64,000 nucleotides of DNA from Octopus sinensis (lineage: Eukaryota), in assembly GCF_006345805.1 (NCBI RefSeq), contig NC_043019.1, forward strand, positions 13,329,360 through 13,393,359, given 5' to 3'. Every line of letters begins with the position of its first letter. Within the stretch, counting starts at the first letter, position 1. The notes beneath the pieces are model-generated. The model did no database searches and was not told the DNA's origin. It worked only from the letters and a program-made list of their open reading frames with translations. Positions 39,636-52,572 of this stretch are shown one piece after another. The position numbers and the translations under genes are program-made.

Positions 39636-39989
39636 ATATTCAATTATATACGTATAAATATATATACACTCGCAGAGTAATAAATATACATAACCTCTCT
39701 GTCTATGTGTGTATATATGAACCTGTGTTTGTATATATTCATAAAAGTCTCTGTGTGTATATAAATGTGTATATACTTGTGTGTGTGGAGGTGTGTCTGT
39801 GTTTCTACACTTGAATAGATATATATATATATGTAGATATATTCATATGTACGTACGCACACACACAAATACGTATGCACAGTATTTCTGACATTTTCAT
39901 TCCTAAATTAGATTTCAAAAATTGAACCTGAAGACAAGAAAGAGAAAGAAATTAAATATGATAAATGTATCTTTTTTATATCTTTTTTT

Positions 39990-40197
39990 CAATCGTCATC
40001 ATCACCACCACCATCCGACTCATCGCCATCTTCACCACCACCGCCGTCATCTTCATCATTCATCATCATCATTATCATTATTATTGTTGTTATTATTATT
40101 ATAACTATCGTCATCATTATCAACATTATCATTGTTATCCTCACCATTATTATTATTATTACTATCATCAACAATATCATCATCATCTTTATTACTA

Positions 40198-40232
<35 letters not shown>

Positions 40233-40575
40233 GTTATTATTGTTATTATTCTTATTACTATTATTATCATTATTATTATTATCATCATCAACAATATCAT
40301 CATCATTATTACTATTATCATTATCATTATCATCATTATTATTATTATTATCATTATTATTATTATTATTATTATTGTTGTTATCATCATCAACAATATT
40401 ATCATCATCATCATCATCATCATCATTATTATTATTATTACTATTATTATCATTATTATTCTTATTCTTCTTCTTATTATTATTATTATTATTACTATTA
40501 TTATCGTTATTATTATTATCATTATTCATTGCTTCTACCGCTGGTGTTCTTCTTCTTCTTATTATTATTATTATT
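39990..40575. repeat. Compound (ATT)n/(ATC)n trinucleotide array
   Basis: Direct reading. Confidence 0.95.
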
Positions 40576-41376
40576 GTCGCCGTTGTTATTTGATTTTATA
40601 TCTTAATTGATTTTCACGAGACTTCCTCCAACAAGATTAGTTTCCACAACCTGGTTGTATTTCATCTTCCTACTTTTATTGTTGCCAATGAAATCCAACC
40701 AAATTCCCAACAGTTCTCCAAGCACTGTAAATACCAAAAGTCAAAGCAAAATGTTAATCCAAACCTGTTTGTCTCTGCGTCTTGTCTTCTGTTTTTTTTC
40801 TTTCTTTTTTTTTTTTTGGGTTTTCGTTTCGTTTCGTTGCTTTCCTCTTCTCTTTTCTTTTCTTTTCTTTTCTTTCTGTTATAAGCTTTAGATTGACACG
40901 AGTATTACTTGTTCTACTACTACTACTACCGGCACCACTGCCATCGTCGATACTACATTGCTACATACAGCACCATCACCGCCACTACCACTACCACCCG
41001 TAGTACCGCCGCCACCATCGCCATAACCAATTCCACCGTTGCCACCTCCACCGCCAACATTACCTCTATAAACAACACCACTGCCACTACAACCAATACT
41101 GCCGCCACTACAATCAAACACTGCCACCGCCGCCGCCAACATTGCACCCAAAACCAGAATTGCCACTTCCACCTTCCAACACCACAACCAATACTACCAT
41201 TGCAACCTCCGCCACCAACAACACCACCACCACTACAACCAACCCCACTGCTACTGCACCCAATACTGTTGCCACCATTGCCAACACTGCAACCAAAACC
41301 ACAATTGCCACCTCCGCCACCAACGCCACCATCAACACCAACATCACCACCAACACTACCATTGCAACTTCCATAC

Positions 41377-41407
<31 letters not shown>

Positions 41408-41410
41408 CAA

Positions 41411-41680
41411 CTAGCTGGCCCTGTGCCATCAAAAATGGCGGCTTATTGTAGTGTTATAGAGTTGAAACGCTGTTTGATTTTTCCTTTTCATCGTTAAATG
41501 TTCGCCATCCCACTTCCATTACACACACACATGCCTTCTTTTACATACACACGCATGTACTCACACTGAGTTGAATCACTCCCACTACCAGTTTGCCATA
41601 ACCCCTTCCTTCCTTATTCACCTATCACCCCTTCCTTTCTCATTCATATGTTGTGACGGAGAAAAACACAGAAGCATTAT
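41411..41680 (-). mobile_element. Helitron-like 3' end
   Basis: Minus strand reads GCCAT-TTTTG-ATGGC hairpin, 10 nt, then CTAG|T, the canonical Helitron 3' terminus. The far boundary is uncertain. Confidence 0.55.
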
Positions 41681-41839
41681 TATAGTAGATGGGCTTGTTT
41701 CAGTTTCTGTCTACCAAATCCACTCTCGAGGTTCTGGTCTGCTCAGAAACACTTGCCTAAGAACACTGTGTAGTGGGACCGAACCGAGAACCATGTGGTT
41801 GGGAAACAAGCTCCTTACCACACATCCACTGCCATGTGT

Positions 41840-42155
41840 CATCATCATCGTTTAACGTCCGCTTTCCATGCTAGCATGGGTTGGACGGTTCAACTGGAGT
41901 CTGGGAAGCCTGAAGGCTGCACCAGGCCAGTCAGATCTGGCAGTGTTTCTACAGATGGATGCCCTTCCTAACACCAACCACTCCATGAGTGTAGTGGGTG
42001 CTTTTTATGTGCCACCGGCACAGGTGCCAGATGAGGCTGGCAACAGCCACGATTGGATTGGTGCTTTTTACGTGCCACCAGCATGGAAGCCAGTCTAGGT
42101 GGTGCTGGCATCGGCCACGTTCACATGGTGCTTTTTACGTGCCACCGGCATGTGC
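41840..42155 (-). mobile_element. Retroposon family E, lying between SINE A fragments
   Basis: Match to 5312-5625. Confidence 0.88.
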
Positions 42156-43874
42156 AAAAAACATCTGTCCCAAGACACCAACCACACAGTGGGACTGAAC
42201 CTGAGACCAGATAGTCGCAAAGGAAGTTTCTTACTTAATCATACAGCCATTCTGTTTGCTAGCTTCTTGTTTTTAGGCCCCTTTTCGTTGGTTGTGGTTT
42301 TAATATCTCCGCCTACATTTTATCTTAAATTTCTCCCTTTGTAATCTCGTTATTTCCACCCCACCCCCCTCTCTCTCCCGACTTCACATTCCATTGCAAT
42401 TTAAGAAAAACATCCAAAAACACACCAAAAACACAAATAAACTTGTACATGTACAGCTGACAGCTTTATTTTTCTAAGACTAATGTTCACAGCGTTGTCT
42501 TAACGCCGTTTGAATTGTCTATGATATATTTAAGTATACAGTGCCGAAGCAGTGAAATTAGTAACTTATCTGTCGGAGATAGTGTATAGTAACTCACAGA
42601 GCTATAGACAAAAAGAAAACCGTAAAACGATAATACCTCGCTTCCAAAACGAATAAATAAATAAATAAATAGATAATAAGTAGAAGTTATAAAAAAAAAA
42701 GGAAATAAAATAAAGTAAAAAGCAATTTTATCTGCAACAACATTTTATTCAATATTTTTAACCAGCTACCATTAATATTCGGTTGTGTTTTTATTGAAAA
42801 CCAGCCAAAAAGCCGTCTCTCTCTCTTCCTCTTCTGCTTTTCTACGATTCTCCCTCCTCGTCATTTCAGTCCCATTGATAAACTATCTATTTAATGCTCT
42901 CCACTTTTCATTTCTAAACGTGCAGTTTTTTTTTGTTTTTTTTTTGTTGTTGTTGATAGAAGCGGGGTGTCTGTTTTCTGTTGGCAGCGGTGAGGGGGAG
43001 GGTGTTTTTGTTTTCTTTTTGTTTTTTGTTTTTGTTTTACACGAAAATTCTCAGAGATTTCTCTTACTACCAAACTGCAACTGGTTCGTTCTTTGAAGTA
43101 CAATAGCAAAAAAAAAAAAAAAAATACAAAAGAAATAAAAACAAAAAAAAAAGCAAAGCAGTGCTGGAGGTATCTTCAAAAACTTAATGGTTTCGGACGT
43201 TTTGTTTCTTTTTTCTTTCTCGTTTTTTTCTTTTACCTTGCTTTCCCCCCCCCCTCTCCTTTTTTTTTTTTTTCAACTAATAAATTACCAAATATATATA
43301 ATATGAACAGCGAAAGTCCTCGCAGACAATGGCCGATTCCATCAAAGTCACTGTTTCGCTTTGATCCTCTATCGTCAAGTATATTTCCAGATAAATTTCT
43401 CTTTGAGTGTCGTTAAGCGAAATGCTATCCATCGTTTTATCTAGTAATGGCAATGATTGGCGAAAATCTGCTTTGAAACTTTTAGAAAATAGCTTCCTCT
43501 CCTAGTTTCAATTCCACTTTTTGTTTCGGTAATTTTATGTATCACTAATGTATTTTGGGGGTCTTTGCTTTTTGGGGTTTTTTTTTTTTTTTTTTTTTTG
43601 CAAGTTATATATGAATGCATACATATGCATTTCATCATCGTCATCATCATCATTTACTGTCCAGGTTCTATGCTGACATGGGTACATAAAAGTATATATG
43701 TGTATATGTGCATATATATGTGTATATTGGCCTGTTCCGTTAGCCAGCGGGGTGGCGTCATTTGAAGGCTAAAGCCATGCGAAGCGCATTGTGACCAGCG
43801 ATGTGTAGCAACATCTGATAGCCTGGTCGGTCACGGTGATCACCGTGATATGTGTATATGAATATATGTTTAGT

Positions 43875-44258
43875 GTGATTGTACCAGCGTCGCCTTACTG
43901 GCACTTGTGCCCGTGCTAGTAGGGTGCCAAGAGCACCATCCGAGCATGATCGTTGCCAGAGCGGCTAACTGGCTTCCGTGCTGATGGCACGTGAAAGGCA
44001 CCATTCGAGCGTGATCGTTACTAGCATCACCTTACAGGCACCTGTGCCAGTGGCATGTGTAGAAAGATTCGAGTGAGGTCGTTGCCAGTACCGCATGACT
44101 GGCCCTCGTACCAGTGGCATGTAAAAAGCACCCACTACTCTCTCTGAGTGGTTGGTGTTAGGAAGGGCATCTAGCTGTAGAAACTCTGCCAGATCAAGAT
44201 TGGAGCCTGGTGCAGCCATCTGGTTCGCCAGCCCACAGTCAAAATCGTCCGACCCATT
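43875..44258 (+). mobile_element. Retroposon family E with internal subrepeats
   Basis: Match to 6920-7137 and 21260-21605. Confidence 0.88.
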
Positions 44259-44289
44259 TGTATGTATCATTGCCAATGTTCCCTTTCTC

Positions 44290-44325
44290 TATTCTGAAGA
44301 AGAGCAAGGCTTGAAACGTCTGATA
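44290..44325 (+). ncRNA. Minimal hammerhead-like motif in a short Penelope-like fragment
   Basis: CUGAAGA-A-GAGC AAG GCUU-GAAA-CG-UC. Stem I (UAUU/GAUA) is weak. Stem II is related to that of 53816-53851. Confidence 0.5.
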
Positions 44326-44438
44326 ACACGGTACTTGTACCACATCCTTGCGTTATTGTTCTTTCTTGTTTGTTCTTCTTTGTTTGAATTCACTGTACAT
44401 TACATTAAAAATATCTTGAAATATACTAAGGAGTAAAT

Positions 44439-44593
44439 TTATTCAATAAAATCGCCATTGGCTTCAACCATGGCCTCCAGACGCCTTCGAAATCTCCTGC
44501 AACTCTTCTGGACAGTCTCCTTGTTTAAGTTGCCATAATCCTTGCCTTCAATTCATCTTTGGTGTTACAAGGAGTTTTGTCAGCCCCTCACTC
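44439..44593 (-). pseudogene. Tc1/mariner-superfamily (maT/DD37D-like) transposase C-terminal remnant
   Basis: Minus strand gives DKTPCNTKDELKARIMA, a frameshift, then NLNKETVQKSCRRFRRRLEAMVEANGDFIE*. This resembles the RL.AV..A.G...E* tail of these transposases. Confidence 0.75.
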
Positions 44594-45029
44594 AATAATA
44601 GGACTGAAACCAAAAACCCTGGTCAATGAAGAGAGCTACTTAACCACACAAAGATCTAGCTGTTCATTTTGTAAAAAATTTTCTATTTTATTTTTTCAAA
44701 AGATGTTAGCATACCAAATGAGGGACACTTAGCTGCAACTTTTAGCAGGTAGTATCTCCCACTTTTTTTAACACGAGGCATTTTTCACATTTGCTGATAA
44801 TATAGCATACAGCAAGCACTTGGTTGTGTTTTGCCTGACCGATGTGATGTATTCCCAAAAATTACCAAGTTATGCTCCTCTTCTAAATCTAATGGCAAAT
44901 AGTTTTCAATTACGTTCCAATTCTTTGCAAAATAATGCCAAATATCTTTGTTTACCATCTGTTTTTTTTCTTGTTTTTTTTTATTTTTACATTGTTCTTT
45001 TTTTCTTCTTCCATGACTGCCAAAAGATG

Positions 45030-45062
<33 letters not shown>

Positions 45063-45239
45063 TTAATAAAAATAGATAGATGGAATTAAATATATCCTTT
45101 TAAAGCATTTTTAAATACTAGTTTATTTACTGCGTTAAAGTGTATGAAACTGCTAATTGCATTTAATGGCAACTCTTTAAACTTGCTTGCTAGCCTTATA
45201 GTTCAAACTATCGTTTTTCTATGTTCACTGCCCTCCCTC

Positions 45240-45276
<37 letters not shown>

Positions 45277-45914
45277 TTCATTCTGTCTTTCTCTCTCTCC
45301 CTCTCTCTCTCTCTCTTGTATTTTGGTCTTCAATGAAATTAGGCTTTTGACATTTTCCGCAAGTGTATAATTCCTGTGCTCTTATAATGTTATCTTCTTG
45401 CGGTCTTGTTTTCACATTTCATATGCTTTTTTTTTTTGTGTGTGTGTGTGTGTATGTTTCTTTATACGTATGTACACACACACACACACACACACATAAA
45501 AATATACATATATACATAGACATACACACATATGTCAATACACCCTTACACACACATATATATATATATATATTATATATCTATATATATACACAAACAC
45601 ACACACACACATAAGTTTCATCTTCTAACTGTTGATTTCTTCTCTTGTCTCTTATCTGCTGATGGTATTTCATAAATAATAATCTGTAGAGGTTTCAAAT
45701 ACTGCTTGGAGTTTTTTGTTTTTTTTGTTTTGTTTTAGCCTTATCTGAATATTCCTTTAAATGGTTTTCAATTCCAGTTTTCAGATTTTATCGACTTATT
45801 TATATCTACTTTTCCGCAATTGGAAACCATGCAACCACTGCCTCTTCTCACAAAATGCTTGCACACATGTGATAGAAAACTGCGATTAATTGTCCTTATT
45901 TCTCTGCTGGTACG

Positions 45915-46626
45915 GGTTGGACAGTTTGACTGGTTGGACAGCTTGACTGGTTGGACAGTTTGACTGGTTGGACAGCTTGACTGGTTGGACAGTTTGACTG
46001 GTTGGACAGTTTGACTGGTTGGACAGCTTGGCTGGTTGGACAGCTTGACTGGTTGGACAGCTTGACTGGTTGGACAGCTTGACTGGTTGGACAGCTTGAC
46101 TGGTTGGACAGTTTGACTGGTTGGACAGTTTGACTGGTTGGACAGCTTGGCTGGTTGGACAGCTTGGCTGGTTGGACAGCTTGACTGGTGGACAGTTTGA
46201 CTGGTTGGACAGCTTGACTGGTTGGACAGTTTGACTGGTTGGACAGTTTGACTGGTTGGACAGCTTGGCTGGTTGGACAGCTTGACTGGTTGGACAGCTT
46301 GACTGGTTGGACAGCTTGACTGGTTGGACAGCTTGACTGGTTGGACAGTTTGACTGGTTGGACAGTTTGACTGGTTGGACAGCTTGGCTGGTTGGACAGC
46401 TTGGCTGGTTGGACAGCTTGACTGGTTGGACAGTTTGACTGGTTGGACAGCTTGGCTGGTTGGACAGCTTGGCTGGTTGGACAGCTTGACTGGTTGGACA
46501 GCTTGACTGGTTGGACAGTTTGACTGGTTGGACAGCTCGACTAGTTGGACAGCTCGACTGGTTGGACAGCTCGACTGGTTGGACAGCTTGACTGGTTGGG
46601 CAGTTTGACTGGTTGGATAGTTTGAC
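45915..46626. repeat. 17-bp minisatellite, 42 copies (GGTTGGACAGYTTGRCT)
   Basis: Direct reading. A 14-unit block is duplicated internally. Confidence 0.95.
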
Positions 46627-46649
46627 GGGAACTACTAAACCAGAGGCCT

Positions 46650-46970
46650 GAGCTGAAGGGTTTTAGTTGAAGAAATTGATCCCAGTACTTATTTGAAATC
46701 CTGTCTCTTATTCCGCTGATCACTTTTGCCAAACTGTTGAGTTACATGGATGTAAACAAACCAACACCGGTTGTCATGTGGTCAAACACCAAATACACAC
46801 TCACACAAATACCTAATGGGCTTTCTCACAGCCTCCATCAACTAAATTCGCTCACAAAGCATCGAGTGTCTTCTATAATAGAAGACACTTGCCGAGGGTG
46901 TGGTGCATTGGGACTGAACCCAAAACCACATCACTGCAAAAGTGAACTTCTTAACCACACAGCCATGTCT
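46650..46970 (-). mobile_element. SINE family A, old diverged copy
   Basis: TGTAAACAAACCAACACCGGTTGTCA...AGAAGACACTTGCC...GGGACTGAACC...ACCACACAGCCA. Confidence 0.7.
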
Positions 46971-47215
46971 CCACCTATATCAACACATGCATACAGATGA
47001 TAACGTATGCACACATGTCTTATGCATACATGCACATGTGTATACACACTTGCTTACTCATGAGCTGTGAACAGTTATGGGAATGCAAGTATATCCACAG
47101 ACATACATACATGCATACACTAAATCTCTCCCTCTCTGCTGTCTCTCTATGCTCTCTCTCTCTCTCTCCTCTCTCTCTGCTCTCTCTTTCTGCTGTCTCT
47201 CTCTACTCTGTCTCC

Positions 47216-47253
<38 letters not shown>

Positions 47254-47466
47254 TGTTTCTCTCTGCTCTCTATCTCCACTATTTTTACTCTGTCTCTCTA
47301 TCTCTCTGCTCTCTCTCTACCCTGTCTCTCTCTGCTGTCTGTCTGTCTCTGCTCTCTCTCTCTCTCTCTACCTCTCTGCTCTCACTACTTCCTCCTCTCT
47401 TTCTCTCGCTCTGCTTCCTCTCTCTCTCTCTACTTCCTCTCCCTCTTTCTGTCTTTCTCTCTCTCC

Positions 47467-47497
<31 letters not shown>

Positions 47498-47522
47498 TTA
47501 TATATAGATAGATATCCCGCTC

Positions 47523-47574
<52 letters not shown>

Positions 47575-47702
47575 GCACACACACACCTACAGCTGTCGTG
47601 ACTTAAAACAAGCTGAGAAAAAAAAGAATCTTAACCATTTTATTGGTGACCAGCTTCAAGTCTGCAGAAAGAACTACTGAAATAAGCAACCAACCACACA
47701 TG

Positions 47703-47737
<35 letters not shown>

Positions 47738-48381
47738 CACACACACACACTAATCATAGACATTGCTAATTAGAAAATTAGAAATGCAAGTCATTAATTA
47801 GGAGTGTGAAAAATACGTGTCAAATATTGCGGAAATTTATTCTGTGGCATTCTCCTATTCTTCCTCTTGTCTCAGTCATTTGACTGCGGTCATGCTGGAG
47901 CACTGCCTTAAAAACCAGGACTCATTTCTAATACACCCACGTATATTCATATACCTGATAGCTTTTACTCTGACTATGCAAAATGAGATAATTTGTCAAA
48001 TAACATTTGTTACACTAAACTTTTGGAAATAAAAATTTTAAAAAAGCCAAAATCTTTTTTGAGTTCCATTGGAGACAAATTAAATACTTTTAAATATCAT
48101 TGCCCTGTGTTCTGTGGATTGAGTTTTGCAACTGCTCACCTTTCTGAATAAATGGTACTTCCTGGCTGAAAGAGCAAAGTGTCCCTGGAAGAATAACACT
48201 GACAAAGCATCCTGTTACTTCCCCTCTTGATTCAGTTCCCTTTTTCCTTCCCCGCCTCCCCCCTTCTCTCACCTACTGCTTCTGCCAGGGTAAGGTAGCC
48301 AGGCAGATCAGAAATTAATGGGACTATTATAGAGTGTCTGGTGCTCACGTATTTCTTTACTGCCCACAGGGGGCTAAACAT

Positions 48382-48686
48382 TTGTGGAGGCACATGGCCT
48401 AGTGGTTAGAGCTGCAGACTCGCGGTCGAGGAATCACGGGTTCAAATCTTAGACCGGACAATGTGTGTGTTTATGAGCGAAACATCTAAGCGCCACGCGA
48501 TTCCGGCAGAAGGTAATGGCAAACTTCTTGCTGAGTCTTTCGCCACAACTTTCTCTCACTCCTTCCTCCTGCATCTTGCAGCTCACCTGCAACGGACCGG
48601 CGTCCCGTCCAGGTGGGGAACCTCTATGCCAGGGAAACCGGGAAACCGGCTCTTATGAGCCAGGCATGGCTTGAGAAGGAACAAAC
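48382..48686 (+). mobile_element. tRNA-derived SINE family D nested in SINE B
   Basis: GTGGAGGCACATGGCCTAGTGGTTAGAGC...GGGTTCAAATC. AAACAT occurs on both sides. Confidence 0.85.
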
Positions 48687-48784
48687 ATAGAGGGGACAAG
48701 CAATGACAGACAAAAGAGATTAAGTCAATTACATCGACCCCAGTTCGTAACTGGTACTTATTTAATCGTAACTGGTACTTATAA

Positions 48785-49014
48785 GGCGGCGAGCTGGCAG
48801 AAACGTTGGCACGCCGGGCGAAATGCTTAGCAGTATTTCGTCTGCATTACGTTGTGAGTTCAAATTCCGCCGAGATCGACTTTGCCTTTCATCCTTTCGG
48901 GGTTGATAAATTAAGTACCAGTTACGCACTGGGGTCGAGGTAATCGACTTAATACCTATGTGTGTCCTTGTTTGTCCCTTCTGTGTTTAGCCCCTTGTGG
49001 GTAATAAAGAAATA
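48785..49014 (+). mobile_element. SINE family B, full length, nested antisense in another B copy
   Basis: GTACTTATTTAATCG is duplicated at 48754-48768 and 49016-49030. Confidence 0.9.
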
Positions 49015-50104
49015 AGTACTTATTTAATCGACCACGAAAGAATGTAAGGCAAAGTCGACCTTGGCGGAATTTGAACTTCAGAACGTAAAGACAGACGAAA
49101 TACTGCTAAGCATTTTTCCTGCGTGCTAACGTTTCTGCCAGTTCACCGCCTTAATGACAGATAACACCAGTGTCTGGTGCTATCTGGTGCTTAATGAATG
49201 GACAGCTCCAATCCTGTGTTTTGATCGACCTTGACCTTGCTGGCTTTGACCTTACTGACCCCTACCTTGTTTTGTGTTTGTCATTGTTCATCATCATCAT
49301 TATCGTTGTAGTCATCATTTAACATTTATTTTTCAATGCTTGCATGAGTTGGGTGGAGTTCTATTGAGGAAGATTTTCTGTGGCTGGATGCCTTTCCTGT
49401 TGCCAACCTTCACTCATTTCCAAGCAACACAACCCACACCAATGTTTTTGTGTGGTACCTTTGTTTTAGGGTATTGATAATAATAATAATAAATAATAAT
49501 AATAATAAATAATAATAATGATAATAATAGTAATGGGTGAAGCATTGTGTGATAATAGCCTTTATTCCATCTCACTTTTCTCCGTGTGTCTTGATGAGGA
49601 GGCATTAACCCAAAATATCGAAATATGTAGTAAAACTTCAACTGTTCTATCTTTACTTATGTAGTTCAAAGGATTCAGATGGAATTTTATGATTATTGCA
49701 GTATTTTGTGAGTGATGAATTGTAAAGGAAAGCAAAACAGCAAGTAGGTTAAATCTGTCATTTGCTGTAGCATGGTCGCCATTGAACGATGTAGATATTC
49801 TCTTAGAGAGGATTTACAGGAAACACTACTAGATTATTGCTGGGAAAATCTGATGAAAATCCATAATTATTCTTCTGAAAAAAAAAAAAACCGTATTGCA
49901 TTATTCATCAAGTAATATTAATTAAACTGATGAATAACGAATATAAGCCAACTGGTCAGCTACAAAGCTGCTGTTTTTTCTTTTTTTTTCTTTTGATGTG
50001 AAAGAACCAGCAACTGGAATCCCTCTTACCTCACCCTAAACCTCCTACTCTCTGTCTCTTTTACTGACTGTTTTGGGGTAAAATAAGACATTTCATCTAA
50101 AATG

Positions 50105-50787
50105 GGTATGTCTTTCCTTCACCTTTTACTTGATCCAGTCATTAGACTGCGGCCATGCTGGGGCACTGCCTCAAAGAAGTTTTAGTCAAGCAAATTGAAC
50201 CCAGTACATATTTTTTTCTTCTTTTTTTTAAGCCTGGTACTTATTCTATCGATCTCTTTTGCTGAACTGCTAAGTTATGGGAACATAAACACACCAACAC
50301 CTGTTATCAAGAAGTGGTGGGGAACGCACATACTTGTATATGTGTATACACACACGCACACACAAACATGCACGTGTGTACACACACACACAATGGGCTT
50401 CTTTCAGTTTCTTATTTCTTTATTGCCCACAAGGGGCTAAACATAGAGGGGACAAACGAGGACAGACAAAGGGATTAAGTTGATTAAATTGACCCCAATG
50501 CGTAACTGGTACTTAATTTATCGACCCCGAAAGGATGAAAGGCAAAGTCGACCTCGGCGGAATTTGAACTCAGAACATAGCGGCAGACGAAATACTGCTA
50601 AGCATTTCGCTCGGCGTGCTAATGATTCTGCCAGCTCACCAGCTTCTTTCAGTTTCTGTCTACCAAATCTACTGACTAGGCTTTGGTCATCCAGGGCCCA
50701 TAGTAGAAGGAACTTGCCCAAGGTGCCACATGGTGGGACTGAACTCAGAACCATGCAGCCAGGAAGCAAACTTCTTACCACACAGCT
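50105..50787 (-). mobile_element. SINE A interrupted by SINE B (50413-50641) with a 16-bp target-site duplication
   Basis: GCTTCTTTCAGTTTCT at 50397-50412 and 50642-50657. Confidence 0.88.
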
Positions 50788-51391
50788 AATTGTATTCAAC
50801 TAGAATAAGCAATATAATCTTGTGATTGGAAGGTCAGGAAAAAGGCTTGAAGGCCATGCATGGAATGACTTTGCTTTGATCATAGGCATGCTCTGTCAGA
50901 ACTAACCTAGGGTCAAACTGCAACTGGTATTTAATGCTAATGTGTGTGGGATATAGGAAGATGTAGCTTTTGCTGTTGTTGTTGTCATTATGCATGTGTG
51001 TAGGTGTAGAGGCATTCATGGATACATGTGCCTGCTTCCATGTTACTTCATGCGTGCTTGTGTGTGTGGGTGTAATGATGTTAAAGTTACGTACTCATTT
51101 GCATATTCATATTAGTGCTAATAAAATATTCATGAACTTAAGTTCTTATTGCTGATGTTGTTTAACCCCGGGCCATCTCCGATCAACCTCATCTATTTAT
51201 GTTGAATAGCTTTCCAACCATAGCCATTAAATTACCCAATATCTCTCTCTCACTCCCTCTCTTTCCCTCTCTCTCTATCTCTTTATCTCTTGCTTTTTTT
51301 TTCTGCTATTTTTCATTATCTCTTATGGACTGGTGAAGGCTTATGGCTCAGTGGTTAGACTGTTGGATTGTTCTAGAACGACTTGTATATA

Positions 51392-51655
51392 TCTATTATA
51401 TAAAATCCGTTCTGTGTGTGTGTGTCTTCTAGGATCTTGGGCATCCTCCATCTGATTGCGCTCAAATTTGATATTTAGATACCGACGGTATCAGGGCGTG
51501 TATAAGTCTTGAAACAATTACAAAAATCGATTCCAGGTGAGAATGTGATCGATAAAGCCGTGGGAACGTGCATTTGTAAAATCGTTTTTCTTGTAATAGA
51601 AAAAAAAAAGTCTATCTTTATTTCTTCTTTTGCTGGTGTCTCAAATTTAGGTTAA
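51392..51655 (+). mobile_element. Helitron-like 5' end (non-autonomous type)
   Basis: A|TCTATTATATAAAA followed by a (TG)n tract and ...CCTCCATCTGATTGCGCTCAAATTTG. No 3' CTRR end found. Confidence 0.5.
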
Positions 51656-51770
51656 ATCAGTGTTTCTCAAAGGGGAGGCCTATGGGATGGTCGGACAAGT
51701 TGTTTTGAGAAAATTTGGTTTAAATGTTTGACAACTCAGCACCGTCCACTGGACGGGAGGCATTTTGCTC

Positions 51771-51807
<37 letters not shown>

Positions 51808-52572
51808 CACACACATACACAAATACAGTCTTACACACAAACACATTCAAGCACACATATACACACACACGGACAGTAAATTATTTTTTTTGTTGTCAAA
51901 ATACATTTACATATTCTTTTATGGTGATAAACACTTGAGTTTCTTGCCACTTATTTCGTTGGTGCCCACTGCCTACCCTGAGCCTTCCCCTACTGCACGT
52001 GACTGCTATACATATGTGTGTTTGTTTGTGTGCAAATACATACACACAGCTCAAGAGAGACAGACAGGGAAGGAAGGAAGGAAGGAAAGATGGAGTGGAA
52101 GTCTGTGAGAATTGCATATTTTAAGTAATTGAAGACAATAGCAGAGACGTTGAAACCGTGTTCGACAAGGTGTCAGAACCGTTCTCTCTTCATTGTTATC
52201 TTCATTCTAATCGTATCCTCCTCGGTACTTTTGCTGCATCGAATATTAAAGATCTTTTTTTTTTGTTCCCCCCCCCATCCTTCAAAACAAACCCTAACCC
52301 TTCCTCTCCCACCACACAAGTAAAACAACAACAACAACAAACAACCCCCAGCCTTTAATTCCTTTATGAATAATACGGTTCTCACCCACTCTTACAAATT
52401 TACATAGTGGAGTGACTTCACACTCAGGAACTCGTCAGATGTACATTGCCAAAACATCTCGTCTCGTCTCCTTCTGTAAACTCGTTAATTACGGAAAAAA
52501 AATATTTTGAGCCTAGCTGTACTTTCATGCTCACATATACATATGCACACACAGTTACACACACACATATAT

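Larger units (their letters stand above)
48350..49151 (-). mobile_element. SINE B host copy split by two nested insertions
   Basis: The pieces 48350-48381, 48687-48768 and 49016-49151 join into one minus-strand B copy. Confidence 0.85.

Noticed and set aside
40909-41451. Thr/Pro-rich mucin-like ORFs
   Set aside because: Degenerate (ACC)n low-complexity tract that is open in several frames, with no splice or domain support.
43831-43848. 18-bp perfect palindrome TCACGGTGATCACCGTGA
   Set aside because: Explained by two tandem copies of a near-palindromic 9-bp unit, probably a retroposon tail.
49585-49635. UUGAUGAG...CGAAAUAUGUA hammerhead-like remnant
   Set aside because: Core mismatch and no convincing stem I or II.
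41411-51655. A single 10-kb Helitron bounded by the two Helitron-like ends
   Set aside because: The ends are on opposite strands (3' end on minus, 5' end on plus), so they belong to separate elements.
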